From Eledone cirrhosa (Eukaryota), in the NCBI GenBank assembly GCA_964016885.1, contig OZ024743.1, positions 83,390,001 through 83,454,000 on the forward strand: DNA of 64,000 nucleotides, read 5' to 3'. Shown piece after piece: positions 56,842 through 64,000 of this stretch (the stretch's first letter is position 1; each line of letters opens with the position of its first letter). The position numbers and the translations under genes are program-made. The notes under the pieces were generated by a model. It did not search any database and was not told where the DNA came from. It was given only the letters and a program-made list of their open reading frames with translations.

Positions 56842-56923
56842 CTGAATCAAAGACTGGCTGAACGTAAGTCGCTAGAAAAAATGGCCATCTCTGTAATCCA
56901 CGAAACCTAGATAAGGACCATAT
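56842..56923 (-). CDS. Candidate 82-nt internal exon of an unidentified host gene
   Basis: Acceptor tctttatttttccag, donor CAG|gtaagt; one open frame IWSLSRFRGLQRWPFFLATYVQPVFDS; lies in non-repetitive sequence. Confidence 0.5.
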
Positions 56924-57019
56924 CTGGAAAAATAAAGATTCTATTGTGAGTTAAAGTTTGTAGTGTATAGAACACGTTTGTGTTTTGTCTTTTATTGCTA
57001 TTTTTTCACCCCATCTCCT

Positions 57020-59000
57020 TACATACTGGTCATTATGATAATAGGTACTGAGGACGGGCAGTGTGGTCATCATGCTAATAGATGGCGAGGACGGGCAGTG
57101 TGGTCATCACTTTGATGGACAGTGAGGACAGATGGTGTGGTCATCACGGTGATGGACAGTGAGGACAGATGGTGTGGTCATCACGGTGATGGACAGTGAT
57201 GACAGATGGTGTGGTCATCACGGTGATGAACAGTGATGACAGATGGTGTGGTCATCACGGTGATGGACAGTGATGACAGATGGTGTGGTCATCACGGTGA
57301 TGGACAGTGAGGACAGATGGTGTGGTCATCACGGTGATGGACAGTGAGGACAGATGGTGTGGTCATCACGGTGATGGACAGTGAGGACAGATGGTGTGGT
57401 CATCACGGTGATGGACAGTGAGGACAGATGATGTGGTCATCACGGTGATGGACAGTGATGACAGATGGTGTGGTCATCACGGTGATGAACAGTGATGACA
57501 GATGGTGTGGTCATCACGGTGATGAACAGTGATGACAGATGGTGTGGTCATCACGGTGATGGACAGTGATGACAGATGGTGTGGTCATCACGGTGATGGA
57601 CAGTGATGACAGATGGTGTGGTCATCACGGTGATGGACAGTGATGACATATGGTGTGGTCATCACGGTGATGGACAGTGATGACATATGGTGTGGTCATC
57701 ACGGTGATGAACAGTGATGACAGATGGTGTGGTCATCACGGTGATGAACAGTGATGACAGATGGTGTGGTCATCACGGTGATGAACAGTGATGACAGATG
57801 GTGTGGTCATCACGGTGATGAACAGTGATGACAGATGGTGTGGTCATCACGGTGATGGACAGTGATGACAGATGGTGTGGTCATCACGGTGATGAACAGT
57901 GATGACAGATGGTGTGGTCATCACGGTGATGGACAGTGATGACAGATGGTGTGGTCATCACGGTGATGGACAGTGATGACAGATGGTGTGGTCATCACGG
58001 TGATGAACAGTGATGACATATGGTGTGGTCATCACGGTGATGGACAGTGATGACAGATGGTGTGGTCATCACGGTGATGAACAGTGATGACAGATGGTGT
58101 GGTCATCACGGTGATGGACAGTGATGACAGATGGTGTGGTCATCACGGTGATGGACAGTGATGACAGATGGTGTGGTCATCACGGTGATGAACAGTGATG
58201 ACAGATGGTGTGGTCATCACGGTGATGGACAGTGATGACAGATGGTGTGGTCATCACGGTGATGGACAGTGATGACAGATGGTGTGGTCATCACGGTGAT
58301 GGACAGTGATGACATATGGTGTGGTCATCACGGTGATGGACAGTGATGACATATGGTGTGGTCATCACGGTGATGAACAGTGATGACAGATGGTGTGGTC
58401 ATCACGGTGATGAACAGTGATGACAGATGGTGTGGTCATCACGGTGATGGACAGTGATGACAGATGGTGTGGTCATCACGGTGATGAACAGTGATGACAG
58501 ATGGTGTGGTCATCACGGTGATGGACAGTGATGACAGATGGTGTGGTCATCACGGTGATGGACAGTGATGACAGATGGTGTGGTCATCACGGTGATGAAC
58601 AGTGATGACAGATGGTGTGGTCATCACGGTGATGGACAGTGATGACAGATGGTGTGGTCATCACGGTGATGAACAGTGATGACATATGGTGTGGTCATCA
58701 CGGTGATGGACAGTGATGACAGATGGTGTGGTCATCACGGTGATGAACAGTGATGACAAATGGTGTGGTCATCACGGTGATGGACAGTGATGACAGATGG
58801 TGTGGTCATCACGGTGATGGACAGTGAGGACAGATGGTGTGGTCATCACGGTGATGGACAGTGAGGACAGATGGTGTGGTCATCATAATAATAGGCACTG
58901 AAGACAGACAGTGTAGTAATCATGATAATAGATGTGAAGACAGACAGTGTCTACTATCATGATGACCACACTGAGGACAGGCTGTGTGGTCATCAGGATA
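57020..59000. repeat. 37-bp minisatellite (~47 homogeneous units, 57127-58885, with degenerate flanks)
   Basis: Unit gacagatggtgtggtcatcacggtgatg(g/a)acagtga(t/g); period 37 (57127 to 57164). Confidence 0.97.
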
Positions 59001-59019
59001 TTAGTCGTATAGGTTATCA

Positions 59020-59120
59020 GTATAGGGCAAAACCAGGTGGCAAGGGGCCCAGGGGTAGACCCCGAGCAAGAAGGTTAGATAACATCCATGAGCTTGGCTT
59101 GTCTCGCTTGGGGTCCAGCC
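59020..59120 (+). mobile_element. RTE-like LINE extreme C-terminal fragment
   Basis: GKGPRGRPRARRLDNIHELGLSRLG resembles the RPRGRP..RW.D motif. Confidence 0.45.
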
Positions 59121-59231
59121 GGATCAGTATGGACGATGAGCACAGACAGTGTGTCTTAAGATAGAAATATATTTACAAATGCATCAAACGACAGAAGAAA
59201 GAAACATTGAATTATTGTCTTATTTATAGTT

Positions 59232-59266
<35 letters not shown>

Positions 59267-59267
59267 T

Positions 59268-60017
59268 GACAAGGCCGGCCTTTTGAATTACATGCACAAT
59301 TCACTTTTGCCTGTTGGGTGGACGAGCAACGTGAAATAAAGTGTCTTGCTCAAGGACACAACGGGTCGCCTAGCCAAGGAATTGAACTATGCCAAGGAAT
59401 TGAATTACATGCACAACTCACTTTTGCCTGTTGGGTGGACGAGCAACGTGAAATAAAGTGTCTTGCTCAAGGACCAACGGGTCGCCTAGCCAAGGACTTT
59501 AAACCGAATACTGAACACCCTTCATAGAAATGTATCCATCATGTTTAAATTGTTTAAATTGCCGTTTGACCTTGTGTATGTCTTTGTCTCTAAGAAAACA
59601 ATGTTAGCAGAGAAGAACTTCCAGAGGGATGTAGTTCGAAGGGAAGAAGACCTGGACAAATTCTATATTTAGTACGAGATATAGAATGTAAAGACGGAAC
59701 TGGGTTACGACAAGATGAGTAAATACTAGTCTGTGTAAAAGATAGTAAGTTAATTGTCTGTGAGTATATGACAGCTCAGACCTATGCAGGTTTAGCTGGC
59801 CTCCTCCAAGGTATAATAATTCGTTGGAGGTGTCTTGGGTAATTTTAATGATAGGGACCCCAGTCTTATCATCTCATTTCTACAGCTGAGTAAACTGGAG
59901 CAACGTGAAATAAAGTGTCTTGCTCAAGGAAACAACACATCACCCGGTCCGAGAATTGAACTCACATCCTTTCGATTGTAAGCCCAATGCTCTAACCACT
60001 AAGCCATGCGCCTTCAC
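59268..60017 (-). mobile_element. SINE family 2 fragments (59268-59500, locally duplicated; 59860-60017)
   Basis: gagcaacgtgaaataaagtgtcttgctcaagga body occurs three times. Confidence 0.8.
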
Positions 60018-60172
60018 TAGTAAGTTAATTACGATAAGCTGGTTAATTATGACAAGATGTCTAATTAATAGTCTGTTTAACCATAGCAGTCTGTTTAATT
60101 AATCAGAACGAAATTTAAGTTCTCTAAAAGACTAGCAGTTGTTTTGATAAAAGGACGAATATACAAACGGAT

Positions 60173-60203
<31 letters not shown>

Positions 60204-60288
60204 GGGGGTAGTAGTCCAGTGAATTACTGGTGTTGGTACCAAATCAAGCTCTCTATGCACAGGCAGAGTGTATCTAATAGAAAAAAAA

Positions 60289-60514
60289 AACGAGGAAGTT
60301 TCGTTTATATATAAAAATATTTATTGTGTATCGACCTGCTACGCGCGTTTCGTATGAGTTATGGACACGACTCCAGTATCGATCTGCTCGTCAGACTAGT
60401 GATGTGTCGGGTCCATAATTCATATGGGTTACCTTGAGCCAATCCTCTCCGAAACGCAAGTAACAGATCGATACACAATAAATATTTTTATATGTAAACG
60501 AAACTTCCTCGTTA
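60289..60514. mobile_element. Inverted-repeat mini-element (family F) with hammerhead-like half-motifs
   Basis: Arms 60289-60352 / 60449-60514; minus strand CUGACGA...GAAA cgcgcg UA; plus strand GAAA cgcaag UA; ends at (TA)n. Confidence 0.6.
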
Positions 60515-61154
60515 TATATATATATATATATATACCATTTATGTTAGGTTGTTTACCAATGGATAGAAGTGATGGTTCGGGCTGATAAACGATGATGCAA
60601 TAAATTAAATCACTCAACGTATGGAAAAGATCTATCGTAGATGTGATATCCAGTGGTTGGTGCAGGAACGGAGTTAAGTATTCATTAAAATAACATCAGA
60701 AGGCTGGACTGGATAATTTACTTTAAAATTTTATTTACGCTAACGTACTATACGTATTTGGATGGCCGAGCCCTTTCATCCGATTATGATGCAAGACTAG
60801 ACGTTTTCACCAGGTGTTGTTCGCGGAATTACATAACAGGATTATGTTGAACCCAAACAGAGAACAGGAAATAGAAAAAATAGAAAAATGAAAATCCGAT
60901 TCGTGGACAGCCTGCTAATTCGGTGTTATACTGTTGTTGTTGTTGTAGTGTGTGTAGAAACCACATCAGGCATTTTGTCCGTCATCTGTGGTATTTACTC
61001 ACGCGATACTAATATAGGGATGAGCTGGGAGTTTATATGTTTTTTGTGCATATCCTCATTTGCCTGCAGAGCAAAAGGATAGGCTGGTGCTACTCATATA
61101 GTGCATATAGTGCAAACTTGACTGGCTAGGATGAATTAGCTGTAGCACTAACAC

Positions 61155-61584
61155 AGGTGGAAGCACGTGGCCTAGTGGTAAGGGTGTTGGACTTACGACT
61201 CATAAAGTCGAGGGTTCGATCCTGGGCTGGGTTGTGTGTTGTGTCCTTGAGAAAAACACTTCATTTCACGTTGTTCCAATGCTCAGTTGAAAATGAGTAC
61301 CCAAAAACTGTTGGACATGTGTCTCAATCAAAACCATTATTTAGGTGGACAAGGGTGATGGATTGGCAGTATCAGTAGAGGGTCGGACGCCATGCTTTGC
61401 AACATAGAGTTACGTCCTTTTATGGTCTGAGTTCAAATCCTGCCGAGGTTAACTTTGCCTTTCTCCTTACGGGGTTGATAAAATAAAGTACCAGTCACGC
61501 ACTGGGGTCGATTTAATCGACTTTCCCCTCTCCCCAAAATTGCTGGCTTTGTGTCTATATAAGAAACCATTATTTAGGTGGACA
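61155..61584 (+). mobile_element. SINE family 2 (61155-61320) followed by SINE family 1 (61352-61563)
   Basis: A/B boxes in both; family 1 copy flanked by 21-bp TSD aaaccattatttaggtggaca (61331-61351, 61564-61584). Confidence 0.88.
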
Positions 61585-61949
61585 CTCCAGCTTAGATTGT
61601 TATCGACAGATTCGGAATCTTTAGTGTTGTTTGATGCTAAGAGGTTTTTAGGTGTGAAAAGAATATAATACATTAAGTACATCCTCGTTTCCGAAGTGGA
61701 TGAGGTCAAATTTCCCATCGTTTAATAGTACATTGTTCTATAGTGTTGTTATTGTTTTTTACGCTCATTATATAACACATAACAACTAATAGATCCGATT
61801 GAAGGTATGTCCGGTTTCTTAACTTTACAACTTTACAATCATGCAAATATTAAATAAAATCTACAAAAAGTTCTTTTTTTGGGTTCGATGACGTCTCTGA
61901 TATTAATGTAAATAATAAAAAAGGAGTGGTCACATACATACTCACACAT

Positions 61950-62006
<57 letters not shown>

Positions 62007-62354
62007 AAACATGAGAAGAAAGAAGAATGGTGCGGGGTTGCACATAGGTTACATATGATAAAAATAGTCCTTCGTCAGTGATTTTCCAACCATCATTGGT
62101 ATTTCATCGCATTAAAAATCATATACCTCAGGTTGGTGCGAGCAATATCTAAAAAAAGTTATTGGGACCAGTAAATCGCGTAAAGCGAGGGGGACAAGTG
62201 AACAACATAGAAGGATAAAAGCAAACCAAAGAAAGGAAATAAACAAGCAACATGATAGTCCTGGTCAGCATAACCTGGGTGGATTTCATGAGCGAAAGGT
62301 ACAGGCACATATATATGTATATACATTCCCACACACACATATACACATATATTT

Positions 62355-62422
<68 letters not shown>

Positions 62423-63167
62423 CTGCTCTGTAAAACAACCGATGTTATTACATTGAGCTATTTATCTTACTGGTAATAAGATAGTAATTAATGACTATCT
62501 TTCACTATTTAGGGTTTGTATAAAAAATATATAACCATAAAAGGTTTTATTACATACATAACCATAAATAGTATCCTTAATACTATATATATATATATAC
62601 GGGTAACAAATAATAGTTATATCCAGTCCCCTTAGGTGTAGTCCAGTTATGGTATTCCGGGTAGTGGATGATATCAACGCTAGGCTTGGTTTGACTCAAC
62701 AAGGCGTATTCATAGTGATGTTGCGAGTATGCTGTAATTCCTATGTTTAGCTTTGACAGTGTTGTCCCATTCATGTATGTTATTGAAGATGAAAAGAAAG
62801 ACTGTATTCTCATCTAATGTAGACCACACAAATTCTACTCAATGATAAATACTTCGTCGGTCAGATAAATACTGAACATTACGGCCACCTGACCTATATT
62901 GGTGATAAACACCGGCTTATCTTTAAAATTGATACAATACACACTACGACATGCCAAACTTATACTTCTGCTTCATGTCAGCTAGTTTTACACGCCGAAA
63001 TCTTAGATACACTATACCCCCCACCTAATGTAATGTCAGGGTCTCCTCAAATAATTTATTACTAGCATTGTTGTAATTGTTGTTATTGTTCTAACTGAAT
63101 GCCATTACTACTTCATATAGTAGCCTGTATATTCCTTTCATGCCTGTATATTCTCTTCATTCTCGCA

Positions 63168-63275
63168 TGCTCCGAAGAACTGACTGGTTATAATTTTGTA
63201 TTGGCGATCGAGTAACGTGAAAACAAGCGAATAGCGATCTCTAGACCTACCAGTTCAGAGAAACAATTGTCAGCA
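63168..63275 (+). ncRNA. Hammerhead-like motif with CCGAAGA core and long helix II (family E)
   Basis: ugcu CCGAAGA acugacuggu...accaguucaga GAAA caauug UC agca. Confidence 0.6.
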
Positions 63276-63327
63276 ATGAGATTAAAAACCTTTTTTGTAT
63301 TGCAAACCATGTCAATCTTCTTTCCTG

Positions 63328-63383
<56 letters not shown>

Positions 63384-63417
63384 CATTCACTCACAAATAT
63401 ACACATGTACGCACAGA

Positions 63418-63479
<62 letters not shown>

Positions 63480-63481
63480 AG

Positions 63482-63695
63482 TATAAACAACGAAAAATCA
63501 GTGATGCATCTGGATTCAGTTTATTGCGTGTTACAATTGTTTAGCTCGAAACAATTGTAACACGCAATAAACTGAGTCCAGATGCATCACTGATTTTTCG
63601 TTTATTTATACTATCCACACTCTACTCTGTATGAATATTGAGTGCTAATTTTGGCATACCGCCTATGGAAGCACCATAGCTACCATTATACACAA

Positions 63696-63700
<5 letters not shown>
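63482..63700 (+). mobile_element. Palindromic mini-element family D, short form
   Basis: Fold-back centred at gtttagctcgaaac (~63545); same outer boundary and tail as 47220-47620. Confidence 0.85.
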
Positions 63701-63735
<35 letters not shown>

Positions 63736-64000
63736 AGATGGCGTAGGACAGAACAAAGGAGAGGCACAAAACAAAGAAACGAATCCCCAGTCACTGAACA
63801 GGTCACAGAATGTGTGACGAAAGAACTTTGATAATATATGAACAACCGTCTGGTTATAGAACCAACCAACCAACGAGAAATGTATAAATTCTTAAATTTA
63901 TAAATTTAATTTATAATAAATTGGAGTGAAAGCAACTGGTGCGTGTGTTTCTTATTGGCAACATGACCCTCCAAAAATAACCACTTGGCAAAAGACCACC

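Noticed and set aside
57127-58885. CRISPR-like array of 37-bp partly palindromic repeats
   Set aside because: Units are contiguous with no unique spacers, there are no cas genes, and the context is eukaryotic; it is a minisatellite.

Overview
AT-rich, microsatellite-saturated animal DNA. The repeat make-up (tRNA-derived SINEs, RTE, Dong/R4, Tx1 and Penelope-like elements in (TA)n/(CATA)n/(CA)n tracts) suggests a cephalopod, probably octopus; this is inference. The window is almost entirely transposon debris, possibly inside a large intron, with one convincing 82-nt minus-strand exon at 56842-56923. There is no intact protein-coding gene, rRNA, tRNA gene or CRISPR array. The main signal is roughly 20 type I hammerhead-ribozyme (HHR) motifs, about half canonical and half variant or degenerate, from several sequence-unrelated families. 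They sit at element ends abutting (TA)n, often in fold-back palindromic mini-elements with a one-sided tail, next to Penelope-like RT and GIY-YIG remnants. Recurrent non-canonical cores include U3:A8, C4, and ~70-95 nt helix II insertions. Other points: TE families partition by microsatellite target, an RTE element is split by a ~4.3 kb inversion with a 13-bp breakpoint duplication, there are spacer-less perfect palindromes, and there is a 37-bp minisatellite. Coordinates were read by eye and may be off by a few bases; no ribozyme fold was computed.
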